From NCBI GenBank assembly GCA_010015585.1, contig ML975179.1: a DNA stretch of 64,000 nucleotides; one strand, given 5' to 3'. Made by a program: the position numbers and the translations under genes. The notes beneath the pieces were generated by a model. It was not told the origin of the DNA. It ran no database searches and worked only from the letters and a program-made list of their open reading frames with translations. Shown here piece after piece: positions 38,823 to 51,791 of this stretch. The first letter of the stretch is position 1; each line of letters begins with the position of its first letter. The DNA is from Eremomyces bilateralis CBS 781.70 (taxonomy: Eukaryota).

Positions 38823-41800
38823 ATGTCGTCATACCGTGCTGGTCAAGTGGTTGGGCTCAATGACGGCAGACAGGCTACAGTCCGTTTCGTCGGCGAGACA
38901 TCATTCGCCCAAGGGGACTGGATTGGGGTAGAATTCGAAGATGCGTTGGGCAAGAACGATGGTTCGGTACAAGGAGAGCGATACTTTGACTGCCAGCCCG
39001 GCCATGGCATGTTTATGCGACCGTCTGGCATCTCGGCCATCCTGGAGGAGCCTCGATCAAAACCTCAAGCCGCGAAATCAGCCACGAAGGAGAATGGGAA
39101 GCCGAGTGGAAGCGTGGTAAAGGGCAGGCCGTCAAGTATAACTACATCCACCACACGGCCACGACAGAGCATGGCACCGCCCGCGACGACAAAAAGGCAA
39201 TCGATGGCTCCGTCTACGACTACCGCTCGACGAACCCCCGTCCCACCAAACCCTTCCACAAGACTGTCGGCACGATCATCGATTGGGCCAGGCCTTAGGT
39301 CTACATCCTCTAGGCCGTCTCTGTCAGGGACTACTTCTGCCAGATCGGGGGTTTCCTCACCAACCAAGCCATCTGGTGTCGTGTCGCCCACCAAGCCTAC
39401 TCCCCTTCCATCGGCAGCTTCTCGAAGAGTCAGTCCTCCGACTTCCGGTGCCAAATCGATTTCATCGACTCTCCAACCTTCACAGCCGCCACAACCTACC
39501 GCGAGCAGCCGACCTTCCGCCTCCAAACCAAGCCCCGCATCCAATAAAGAGATCGATGACCTCAACTCTAAAATCCGCATCCTGGAAAAGAAGCGACTGG
39601 AAGACCGAGAGAAGCTCAAAACCTTCGACCGCACCCAGGAAGAACGCGACCGATTCCATACCATCATCGAGAAACTTCAAGCGAAATGTCAAACCCAACA
39701 GCATGAATCGACCGAGTTACGGAAGCAACTTCGCGACACGAAGGGGGCGGTGGAACAGATTGAGGCGATGCAGGCAGAGCATGATTCACTTATGGAGATG
39801 GCAGCGTTGGATCGAGAGATGGCCGAGGAGCAGGCGGAGGCATATAAAACGGAAATGGGGGGATTGAAGGACCGCGCTGAGGAGTTGCAACTGGAGAATG
39901 AGATATTGAAAGAAGAGAACGAGGAGTTGAGCAAGGATATGAGTCCGGAGGAACGGACGAGTAAAGGATGGTTGCAGATGGAGAGGGAGAATGGTCGGTT
40001 ACGAGAGGCGCTGCTGCGCCTGCGGGATATAAGCCAAGAGCAAGAGGGACAGTTTCGTGAGGAGATCCAAAGCCTGGAGGAGGACGTTCAGGAACTGGCG
40101 GCTTTGAAGGCAGAGTTCGATGATATGAAAGCGAAGCTGCTCGAATCCGAAGCGGACGTGGATGACCTGCGACAGCAGCTGGACGCCGCTCTCGGAGCGG
40201 AAGACATGATCGAGCAGCTCACCGAGCGCAACTTTGCCCTTACGGAGCAACTCGAAGAGCTCAAGAATATGGTCGACGATCTTCAGAGCTTGACAGAACT
40301 CAACGACGAGCTGGAGCTCAACCATGTTGAAAACGAGAAGCAGCTACAGGAAGTTATCGACTTCAAAGATTCGCTGCTCTATGAGCAGACCAAGCGTGCC
40401 AACCAGCAAGACGAGACGCTGACGGATCAGGAGTATACCATCACTCGATTCCGAGAGTTGGTCATCAACCTCCAAGCGGACCTCGAGCAAATGCGGGCAT
40501 CGAAGGAGATCACCGAGACCGAAGCGCAAGAACTCAGCAGCAAATCAAGAGACATGATGGACCTGAACCGTCAACTCCAGATGTCGGCATCGAACGCCCG
40601 CATCAAGACCATCGACCTGGAACTCCGCCGCATGGAAGCTCAGGAAGCCTCGGAACACCTCACGATTGTCCAGTTGTTCTTACCCGATGCATTCCACGCC
40701 GAACGAGACTCTGTACTAGCATACATGCGCGTCAAACGCATTGGATTCAAAGGAAAACTACTCCATAACTTCCTCCGAGATAAGGTGGCGGCACAGGACC
40801 GCACGTATCTGCCGGAGCAGGTCTATCATGCGTGCGACGCGATGGATAAACTCACCTGGGTGCAGGCGATGTGCGACCGATTTGTGAGCTGCATGCAGAC
40901 GTGCGACTTGGAGCAGTTCGCGAAGTTCGCCGGCTCGTTGTATGAGCTGGAGCCGGTGGAGCGGACTTTGAATGCGTATATTGATCAGTTGAGGAAGGAC
41001 GAGGTGAAGGAGAGTGATGTGGTTGAAGGGTTGCACAGGTATGGTCATACTCTCCATTCTCCGATTCGATCCTAACATTTCGATAGGTCGATTGCATTAA
41101 TGTCACATCTAGCCGAACACCACCTCCGAGAGGGGCTAGAATCGTTTGGTGATGAGATCCTAATGAAGGCTCTCATGATGCAAAGCAATCTTGAAAGTGC
41201 TGCCGCGTCTCTCCTTGCTACCAAAACGGACGTCGGCTCTCACTTTGCGGAAGCAGTCGAGACCGGCCATGAGGGTCTGGAAACATTCGATCAAGCTACC
41301 GAGACCCTCATTGCACAGTCTCGAAGTGCCAAGGTGGTCGTGTCGAAGGTGGTTCGTGCTCTACAAGACCTGAAAGCGCGCAGCCTTTCACTCAAGCCTG
41401 ATTCAACCGAGCTGCTTTTCTCCAAAAGCGAATCCGCGACATCTGCCATCTCAAAATACGCACAGCAACTGGGTCATTCTGCCTCCTCTCTCCTCCACGT
41501 AGAGGGCCGTACCGAGCCTCTACACTTCTCCGACGTCGCCTCCCTCATGCGCAAGACAGCCGCGTCCTTCTACGCCTTAAGTACCGAATCCGCATCCGAT
41601 AACCCCCTGCAACCCATCATCTCCAACCTCCGGACCCTGGTCGACAGTCTCTCTACCCTCTCTCCCCTGGCCACCGACCTCTCCCAAGCCGACGAATTCG
41701 AACGCCCTTCACCACCCTGGGTCCTCCGTTCCAACGAACTCGCCGCCACTAAACTCACCTCCGCCGCTACCGAAGCCGAGCTCCGCCGCCTCAAGGACGA

Positions 41801-42539
41801 GCTCCACGAACGCACTGCGCACCTCCGCTTCAAAGAAAAAGAACTCGAAGACGCGACCCACAAGGCTGAGACCCTCGACAGCCGCATGAAGGAAGCCGGC
41901 AAGAAAGCCACGCGCATCACCGAGCTCGAGAAGCTCCTCGACCAGGGCAAACAGCGCGAGCAGCTCGCCGTGCGCGCCCTCGAGCAAAAAGAAGCTGAGA
42001 TCCGCACCGCCGTCGAAGCGCGCGAGCACTGGCGCCACCTCGCCGAGACCTCCGCCCCGAAGCCCGGGGCCGCCGGCACCGCCATCGAGCTCACCCCTGG
42101 TGCCATCCAGGAGCTCGAGCGCCTCCGCGCCGAGGTTGACGTGCTGCAGGCGACGAACCGGTTCCTGCGCGCGGAAGCGCGGCGTGCCAAGACGGAGGCG
42201 CAGGTCGCGGAGACCAGCTGGCTGGCGGCGCCGATCGTGGCGGCGCGCACGCCGGAGCAGACGGCGACGGAGTCGGCGCATCGGAAGGGATTGCAGTTGC
42301 TGGAGACGATCGCGGGGATTCCGGCGGAGGCAGCGCTGGTGCGGTTGAGGCCGGCGGTGGAGGGAAAGCGGATGAAGTGGAGGCCGAAGAGGGAGATTCC
42401 GAGGTTTCAGGTGCTGGAACAGGAGATGCGGCGGTTGGAGGTGTGGGAGATGTGGGAGAGGGAGGTGGCAGTGGGGACGAAGGCGATGAAGTTTGGGGGC
42501 GGGTTCGAGGTCCCGAGTGCCAGAGTGAGCGTCGTTTAG
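38823..42539 (+). CDS. Dynactin p150Glued subunit (ro-3/NudM/Nip100)
   Basis: CAP-Gly domain with GKNDG, basic Ser-rich linker, long coiled coil with EMAALDREMAEE; intron 41039-41086. Confidence 0.93.
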
Positions 42540-44107
42540 GCTCGATGCATGTCTGGATGGGCGTCGATTTTTGAGAGAATTTTGGGAATACCTTAGCTTG
42601 TCAAGTCTTCAATGTCTTGACTTTTTATACCCAACAAGGCGTGTCCTAAGTTAAAGCTCGAAATTGTCTATGTTTGCACTTCTTACTACCCAATCCAGCG
42701 ATATCGGTCCAGCGATTGACACGGCACCGTGCGATCCACGTTTATAATCACGTCAGACAGGATATAACATCGAGTTCACCAATATATCTAGATTTACCTT
42801 CCAGTATCCCCAGAGTCGTGCTACGGGATCACCCCTCTCGTTCGGTTTAAGTACACTAGACGGAGTATGTCATTTTCCGTTCTAATGGTCCAAGGATCTC
42901 GATTCCTGAATTCGTGATGCCTTTGTCTTCCGGATGTAAATGAGTTCGACGCGACAACTACCTATATCCATCAATGGACGTCCGAAGCCAGAATCATATA
43001 ACGATCCGACTGCTAATCCAATACTGGCAGGAAGAACAGCGGCGCAAGATCTGCTATTGCCGGGAAATTGCCTGGCTCGAAGGATACTGGAACCGAGAAG
43101 GTTGGAGGTTGGATGAATTGTGCATGAGTGTACGCTCGCGCTCTGCCATGTTGGGGCTGTCGTTGTCGCTGAACGAAGATCGAGACCCAGGATAAAGAGC
43201 ATCGCTTGTCTTGGCATATGGGGAAACGGCGAGAGCTGTACTCGAGAGATATTTGAACGGTGTGTTTGATTCTGACATGGCTGGCTCTAGATTTGGTTGT
43301 AACCAATGAAGAATTTCGGTCTCCCCTCCTTCTAGAGGCAGCCAGTCAACAGACACCGCAACGAATGGTCCATTTGTCGTTGGTCAAATCCAATCAGAGG
43401 ATCGGGGGGTCTAGGAGAAGGATATTTTTGTCGCATCACGACTTGAGGTATATAAGCATACCTTCAATATCAATTTACTGCGTTTATGTGATGACATATT
43501 CCATTATATGGACGCTAGGCCAAGACAGAAAAGGATGAGCCCAGCTCTCAAGAACTGTGGCCCTAGAAGCTTCATCTTAACCGCATACCAGCCTAATTTC
43601 GAAAGCAAAGGCCCCAAGTAAACTCAAATCTTTGATTTAGACTCTGAAACCCGAAGTCAATAGACAATAGACTGAACGAAACGGTTGAAGCTTTAAATAT
43701 CACAATCAATAGTTGGAGGATCTCCCCAACCCCAACATCGTCGCTGCTCATGGATGATACCATAATTGCAACGTCACCACAGCCTACACACCTTTTTGAC
43801 TGTTTTCGGCTGGCAAAGAACAAGAACAGATCGTAGAACCGGATCTTTAGGGCGTGGATGCAAACAGGGGGCTATGAATATTTTCCCCAATGCAATAATC
43901 CTGATGACGATGACAACCGAAGTTGAAAATGGACGGCATTCATTGGCTGGCCGTCTGGGTTCCTCCAGATCACGTGCACCAATTTTCATGAAGTTTCGAT
44001 TGTTCGATTGTTCTTCAGGATGGCAAAGTCCAGGACAATTCGGACAAACAGTCGGTACAACCCAAGTGCAGTCTCGAATTGCTTGAATAGTTTCAAAGCA
44101 TCACATA

Positions 44108-45518
44108 ATGGAAGCCGATAGACTAGAAACCAATCTAGGTCCCTCGATTGAGGAAGACAAACCACCCGTATCAGACGACGCAACTCTCAAGCAACCAAAG
44201 AAGCGGTTTGTGGGCCGCCGCACAGCAGAGCAATCCAGCGACAAATCCCCAGCTAATCTGAGTATAGAGGACAGCAAAGCTATTCAAGGTCAGTTGGCTC
44301 GATTGGTGTTGTGTCCTGAATGAGGGCTGATGTTCCATATTAGTTGCTCAGCCCAGAAGACCTGCGCGGTTGATACACAACATCCCTCCTGAAATCTTGA
44401 ACGACAAAGATATCAACGATGCTATTGCTCTTCTTCCCTCCAATTACTCCTTCGAGATCCACAAAACTATACACCGGGTACGACAGTCAGGGGCGAAGAA
44501 GATAGCACTTCAATTTCCTGAAGGGTTACTCCTCTTTGCCACCACCATATCGGACATTTTGACTAGATTTTGTCCTGGTACGGAGACACTGATCATGGGA
44601 GACGTGACCTACGGTGCCTGTTGTATTGATGACTACACAGCCCGTGCGCTGGGTTGTGACGTCCTTATACATTACGCCCACAGCTGTCTGATACCGGTTG
44701 ATGTAACGAAAATCAAGACGCTCTATGTTTTCGTCGATATTAGTATTGACGTACCACATCTGATTGCTACGTTAACACGCAACTTCGAGCCGGGCAAGGC
44801 GATTGCCATGGTCGGAACTATACAGTTCAACGCGACAATTCATCATATTGCGCCTTCACTCCGGAAAGAGGGCTTGGAAATTGTCATTCCGCAGATCTCT
44901 CCATTGAGCAAAGGCGAAATATTGGGCTGCACATCGCCTCAGTTAGCAAAATCAAAGGACGCCGCCGGACTATCAGCCGATGCGCTATTATACGTCGGAG
45001 ATGGGCGGTTCCACTTGGAATCCGCCATGATTCACAATCCTGATATTCCGGCATATCGATACGATCCATACTCACGACGCCTAACACGAGAGCGCTATGA
45101 TCACGACGAACTCTACACCTTGCGGACGAAAGCGATTACCAATGCCCAGTCAGCGAAGAAATGGGGCCTGATATTGGGATCGCTCGGTCGACAAGGGAAC
45201 CCGCATACCATGGCTCTCATCGAAAAGCGTTTAACCGAGAAGAATATCCCTTGGATCACGATCCTGCTGAGCGAGATCTTCCCCGGGAAACTGGCCCTGA
45301 TGCCAGATGTGGAATGCTGGGTTCAGATCGCTTGTCCCCGACTGAGTATCGACTGGGGCTACGCGTTTCCTCGACCATTGCTCAGTCCTTACGAGGCGCT
45401 TGTTGCGCTGGGACTGAAGGAAGCGAAATGGATGGACCGGAAGACAGACGAGGCATACCCGATGGATTTCTATGCGAAGGAGGGGTTGGGTCGAACGAAG
45501 GCGATCGACGTGAAATAG
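44108..45518 (+). CDS. DPH1: Diphthamide biosynthesis protein 1
   Basis: [55 protein letters not shown]; intron 44289-44343. Confidence 0.95.
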
Positions 45519-46400
45519 ACCGAATGGACAATTGGTCACTATTAAATACTCTTCGCTATGATGATCGGTTTCTTTGTAAAGCCCACGCATCTTCAGCCCT
45601 ACAACTGCATTATCATGGCTGAAACCCAGTCCCAACGTACTATCAGACCCTTGCTAGTCGATTTCCCCTTTCTACCGTTTATGCTATAACTGCTCATAGT
45701 ACGTCCTACACACTAAAGTCTGATGTTATTCCGTCCGAAGAAGCAGAAAATGAAATTCGACGTTGTCAACAGTCAGCGCTACCTAAGGTAACCGACCTCA
45801 ACAGGGAAGCGCCACATCTGGTGGCCCCTGAAAGAAGCTTCTCCTGGTCGTTAACGCCACTGATGGCTCCAACTACAGTCCACATCAGTCCATCTCTATT
45901 CAATATCAAGCCGGACTATGTGGCCAGCTGCTGGCTGATTTGGTGATTCCATATCTGGTACCGCCGGTAACATTAGGAGGCTAGATTCCGTCAATGATAG
46001 GGTCTTAGACGTATATAGCAGGTAGGGAGTACCAGAAAATCTTCACGAACTGATTCAATCCGTGAATGAAGAGAGCTGGGGTATAAATCCCCATAATCGA
46101 TCAAGGACCGCCTTTTATACCGTAGGTACCACAGCCTCACAACCATCATCGGTGATTTTAACTGTTTCGACGGTTAAAATAGCGGTTCAATTGCTGTATT
46201 CTACAGGGTTTCGTTCGCACGATTCTGTTTAATTCTAGTTCCCTGAATAACTCCGAGGGTATTGATATGTACCGTATGCACCATTCGTATTCACATAGCC
46301 CGTCAAGATGTTGTAAAGCACCGTAGACAATCCCGCCGCTTCCTAGCGAAAGGTATCGCCATACCGTCCGCGATCAAACGTGCGTGACGCCCTCCGATCC

Positions 46401-47465
46401 CTACGCCGCTAACCCCCTCGCCCTCACATCCAACTCCCTCACCCGGCTCAACGCCTCTCCCCACCACCCCATAAACTCCTTTCCCACCTCCCCAATGCTC
46501 GCTGGGCCCTCCTCCTCCTGCCACCGCAGCCACGCCCCCTCGACCTTCCGCGCCGCGTGCCGCAGCCGCACCATCCCCTCCCCGCGTAACGTGCGCACCT
46601 CCGCGAGATACCGCATCGTGTGCGCATCCCGTGGCAGCTCTTGGTCTGCGTCCGTAAAGTTCGAGAACGTCTTCGCGGATGTGGTGCTGGGTCTGCCGGG
46701 TCCGAGGCTCGTGGGTATCCGGGTCGGAGGCAATGATATCGAGAAGGAGGAGCGGGCCGAGGAAGGAGAGGGGTAGAAGAGATCGGCGGTGCTGAAGGAG
46801 CTGCCGGGGGAGGGTCGAACGTTGGAATCGGTGGTGGTATAGGGGTTGGTGGAAGAGGTGGATGCGGTGCGGGTTCCGGAGGAGTTGGAGATTGTGGGGG
46901 CGAGCTGCGAGGAAGGGTCTTCGGCGAACGGACTGTCGGCATCGAACATGATTGGAATGTAGCAGGGGCTGGCGTTATCTGGAGTGGGGGTTAGTGAACC
47001 TGGCTTCTTGCCCACGGATGCGTTGCTGTGCTTGTATGCGTGCGAGGAGATGTTGGAGTTATTCTTGCTGTGATCCCACATCTGGTGCTCACCTGGTAGG
47101 GCAGAGGAGATCGACTGAGGTCGTGAGGCGGTGTGCTTCGCAAGCTCGTCGGGAATGCCAATATCGTCAAGACGCGCGAATCCCGTCCGCACCGCGGCTC
47201 CTGCATGCTGCAGCGCGGCGATCGGTTCCAGGAGGTTCTCGGGCAGCTTCTTCCATAGCAGATCGGCCACCTTCCACTCCGCGAGATGGATGGGATCGTA
47301 GCTGAACGCATCTCCATCGGGCGGACATGCCGTCTTTGATGACCGGCGCGAGGGGCTCTGAGGGAGGGCAGTTTCTTGCGATGATAATCGGTGGCGGGAA
47401 TTGAGCGGCATGCTGGGTGTGCGCTGGGAACGGTTACGGGAAACCTGGGGTGTTGTGTCCTGCAT
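46401..47465 (-). CDS. Hypothetical protein (354 aa), no family recognised
   Basis: Long ATG-started ORF with two helical-looking blocks (FSYDPIHL..LQHAGAAV; YLAEVRTLR..RLRHAARKV) around a Ser/Pro-rich linker; codon skew resembles the neighbouring genes. Confidence 0.7.
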   Translation of the reverse strand: MQDTTPQVSRNRSQRTPSMPLNSRHRLSSQETALPQSPSRRSSKTACPPDGDAFSYDPIHLAEWKVADLLWKKLPENLLEPIAALQHAGAAVRTGFARLDDIGIPDELAKHTASRPQSISSALPGEHQMWDHSKNNSNISSHAYKHSNASVGKKPGSLTPTPDNASPCYIPIMFDADSPFAEDPSSQLAPTISNSSGTRTASTSSTNPYTTTDSNVRPSPGSSFSTADLFYPSPSSARSSFSISLPPTRIPTSLGPGRPSTTSAKTFSNFTDADQELPRDAHTMRYLAEVRTLRGEGMVRLRHAARKVEGAWLRWQEEEGPASIGEVGKEFMGWWGEALSRVRELDVRARGLAA

Positions 47466-48879
47466 CTTCGCATACGGTTTGCTTGATTGTTTTAGGTTTG
47501 CGATGCTTCTAGTGATGAAGGGGATTGATTCGGGATCGTGCGGCGATGTTGACAGCGGACTGGATATGATTGTGGAGAGGAATCCGGGGAATGCGGGGTA
47601 TAGGTCGTGAGAGAGTTAGGATATTTGTTTGTTTGGCTGCTAGGTGAATTCAGGTTGAGAGAACCATGGATCGTGGATCGTGGATCGATACGATCAGCTG
47701 ATGTGGAGAGTGTTGAGAGAGATGGAACATTCACTTTCCCGCGCTCCTAGAAAATCAAATGGAATTTACCCAGAATTCAACTCAGTCGTCGCCATGGAAC
47801 AATAACGCTGAACTGCTTGATGGTTGCTCTCGGAGTTGAATGTCAGAGACTCGACCCGTAGTTCGTGAGATACCGGGAGGTTGTCCATAGGGTGATCTAA
47901 CCCAGAGCTCATTTCCTCTACACGTTTGTGTCCGCAGCGAATACGGTGCCGTCTCAGGTTTGGTAGTCTTTGTTTGTTCCGTCGATCCGGTTGCACAATC
48001 GAATTGTCAGTCAACGGACGGCGGGATGTTCCTTTCGTTGAACGACTGATACACGACTGATACACCAGTGAGCAACCTGGGGCCCCAAGGAGGACGAGTC
48101 GATGATGGTGAGCGTAATAGAAGTCGAGATGGATCTCCACGAGTGAGTCGCACGTGAGGTTGAAATGCGCCGTTAAACCGCTATTTGAAGTGAAATGCAG
48201 GGTACCTAGGAAATGGAGGAAAGGAAGAGCAAAAGCATCATAATTCCGGTGACCGTGAACGGCAAAATGATTGTAATGCTCGACTTGGATGATAAGAAGT
48301 GAATGCGAAAGTGAGTGACAGAGCAGGAAGGCAAACGGGAAGGTCAACGGGAAGTTCCCATCAACTCTCGCATTGGATAGGTTATCACGATATTAGTCAC
48401 TGGTTCAGATGCATGAAGTGGAGAGTGCAAAGGGACAACAAACAGGGACAATAACCAGGGGATTTTCTGGAGAAGCGAATTGAGGTCTAGTGAGTCGAAT
48501 AGGCAGGTGGCGTCATATCGTCATCATTGCCATCTTGAGTCACATACTCGGCTTATTTCCATCAATTCCTCACCTGATCACGAATTCACGAGGAGATGTC
48601 ACGCCTGCGAGGTGAGCTTGAGTTAGGTGTAACTCGTCAGGCGTAACTTCACTGAGCTCGCGGGAGCACGAGAAATTCTGATTCCAACGAAGCACTGCGA
48701 CTCTGCGTGACCTCATTCTAGCATAACATAGCACCCGTCTAGCCGGAGACCACTCCGGTCATCATGACAATGCCAACGTCAATTTTTGGTGGCAGACAAG
48801 CTTCATCTTGATCGGCTCAAGCGAGCCCGCTAACCAACAAACGCTGCAACACTAACGGCGGCGGACAATTGATGTCCAT

Positions 48880-49641
48880 CTACTCGATCCTATGATATAA
48901 AGTCAGCGATTAGGCCATCACCATGACATGTCGTGAATCACCTACCGTTCGATCAAATGAAGTCCCGACGCCGTCTCCACGATCCCGCTCACCTCCCCGG
49001 GCTGGAGCGCGAACGCCGCCATTTCAAACTCCTTCTGCATATCGCCTTTCCCAAAGAATCCCCTACCCACCATATATCAGCCTACGCCTCTCACATCCCT
49101 CCCACGTTCAACAAGCGCGATAGAAAAGTACTCACAAATCCCCCCGCTTCCGCGCACTGCTGCAATCCGACTCGCTCATCGCAATCTCTCCCAACGCCGC
49201 CTCCTCCGCCCGGATCCGCGCCTCGTGCGCCTGCAAGATCTCCCGCGCCTCCTCCTTCGACCTCGTGATCTGCGCCTCCCGCCAACTGCTCGGGCGGCGG
49301 CTGTCGCGATGCTTGATGAGCAGGTGGGCGGCGCGGATCTTCCCGTCGTTGCCGTTGGCGCCACTGTCGGACTTGGGGAGCGGGGCGCTGGAGTGGTAGT
49401 TCGCCATGTAGACTTTGAGGAGGTCGCTGTTGGTGCCTTCGGGGGGCTCCCAACGGGAGTCTTTGGTGTCGGCGTGGAAGTAGTAGGGGAGGTTTTTGGA
49501 GTTGGAGTGGCGGACTTCCCAGCCGGGAGGGAGACCGGTGTCGGACTTTGTAGGGTTAGCGATGATTGGGAAGCCGACTGGGAAGCCGACTGGGAAGCCG
49601 ACTGGGAAGCCGACTGGGTTGGGGGTTGGAGGACATACCAT
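48880..49641 (-). CDS. ESS1: Peptidyl-prolyl cis-trans isomerase Ess1/Pin1 (WW plus parvulin domains)
   Basis: [77 protein letters not shown]; three introns. Confidence 0.95.
49567..49618. repeat. 12-bp tandem repeat (TGGGAAGCCGAC) x4.3 inside ESS1 intron 1
   Basis: Four perfect copies read directly. Confidence 0.9.
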
Positions 49642-50366
49642 TGTTTGCTGGTTAGCGGATGGGGATTGCTCAACTGGCGAGTGGGGGTAGCACGGATTGT
49701 AGAGAGCAAGCAGAGATTGGTAACGGAGAGATGGAAGGTAGGTAAGGGAAATGAAGAGTCTAAATACCCGTTACGAATGTTCAGAACAGGACCCGATCAA
49801 GATGTCAGTGAATTAGATGAAGTTGAAAGAGTGACGATGTCGATCCAACAATCCCACAGACGATGCGGGGTGTTTTTCCACACCATGAACTAGACCATGT
49901 CAATGTTTGGGGGTTGCAGGGATGCTACACGTTTGCCTGAGGCTGAAAGCAATGGATTGTAGACAAGTGAAATTGACGCCTGATGAATATCAAGTTATCT
50001 CAGCTTGGGCTCAGACGTTACCCAAGCCATGTCCCTGGTTTAGCTAAACCAGAACCGGATTAGACCCATGTTTAGCGTAAAATCTACTCACGTGAGTGCA
50101 ACTGTCTTGTGTACCGTCTGAGAAGCCTCTACAAAATTAGCGTGGATATGTAGATGATGAGATTTACTAGAACTGACGAGGTTGCGAATAACATCATACG
50201 GAGAAGTTGGGTGGGCTCCAGAAGTTGATGAAATATAGATAAGGGTTTGTTAAACCGTCCTATAGCTTTTAAATACCGAATTTCTAACTGTAGATTCTGT
50301 AACTAGAGTTTAAAAACTGCTTGTCGCGTCATCAACCGTAAAGGATCAATCTCTAGATCTGCCTCC

Positions 50367-50955
50367 ATGCGACTAAAGCGCCGGCAAGGCCGCGCCTATG
50401 GGCGTGAAACCTCCCTATATAAGAATCCAACCTCTGTACAACCACCTTCCATCGAGAAAACGATCGAAGAACAGATATCCATAATTGCAACGACACCAGA
50501 TGAAGAGTTATGCTCGGTATTACAAGAGCTAGTCAAGGCCTGCCTGATACGAAAGAACATTAAATACCAGTATGGTCTGATCTTCCATGGTTTGCAGCGA
50601 CTCCTGGCTGGTCGGCTCCCACGTATCAACTAGGTTCGGGCTCTTCGACGAATTGTTTTTCGCCATGGGGATACTATTGTCTCTGCTAAGACTGGTTTTG
50701 GGAAGAGCATTATCTTCCATGCTATCCCAATCTTTATTGGCAGAATTGTCATCCAGTTGATTCCTTTAAGCAAGCTTGGAGAGGAGCAGAAGAGGTCAGG
50801 CCTTGCCTTGTTACAGCGGAGACCAAGCGCACGAATCCGAACCTGTTAAAGGAGATTGCAGCTGGATTATACACCCATATCTTGATGAGTCCTGAGCAAG
50901 CAGTTAGCGACGAGTTTCATGATTCGCTGTCAAACCCTAGTGTCAAGGACGTAGA
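50367..50955 (+). pseudogene. Truncated RecQ-like SF2 helicase relic
   Basis: After an in-frame TAG at 50631-50633 the frame reads GDTIVSAKTGFGKS (motif I) and IPLSKLGEEQ (Ia); after a frameshift near 50796 it reads YTHILMSPEQ (Ib). It ends before the DEAH motif. Confidence 0.75.
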
Positions 50956-51791
50956 CACGTAGTGATGTTGTCTGGAATACGTGCATTGTACTACATGTGA
51001 AAGATAATATTAGTACAAAGGAGGAAGATCCATCAAGCGGAGAGTCTCCCTGATATGTAACTTTTACAAAAGCACTCAGGCGTTGGTCATGTGATGTCAT
51101 GTGATATTATAACCGGCCAATGTCTGAACCGTGACGGACTGTAGAGTGGTTGGATTGGTCCTAAAACTTGATGAAATGTAGAAGTCAACGCGTAGAACCA
51201 ATTTCTGAAAACAGATTAGCGATAAACATTCTGTATCAAGTACACTTAGCGATGGGAGTTCTCTCACCTATATCATCATGATATGATGCACTACACATCC
51301 ATACAAATTATGTGCAAGTCTCTCAGACGGCAGTGGTGCCCACAGCCTTCATGACATATAATTGGTCAATAGTTAGTGACGTATGCTAAAGAAGAGGCTG
51401 GGCTTCATTGGGTATAGCGGAGCCCCATAATGGCCAGGGGGCACCATTGCCGCCTGAGTCCCAACTGAGATAAATATCAAGAGGCAATAAGGAATCTAGC
51501 ACAAAGCGCCGCAAACAGCACAAAATCAGATGCTGTTCATGGGCTATGAGGATCTATTAGATGCAACATATTAGCAGGTAACACACGGTTAACATTGGGT
51601 ATATTTCCATTCAACTCAGAGATTAAGCAGTCCTATAAAAGTCCTCCCTCCCAGTAATCGCCGTGTCATTATGATTGCCCAGTTCAATCTCATAATTACA
51701 GGTGTATCGGATAAGCTCTTCAGCCAAGATGCCAATGCCATCCATAAACCAACCTAAAAGGAATCGAGTCTCCCTGCCAATCTCAGCCCGC

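Noticed and set aside
42800..43950. Stop-interrupted protein-like frames between dynactin and DPH1
   Set aside because: No identifiable motif or consistent strand, so a call cannot be supported without a search.
49567..49618. CRISPR-like reading of short repeats (also 30601-30635)
   Set aside because: They are tandem repeats without spacers in a eukaryotic genome.
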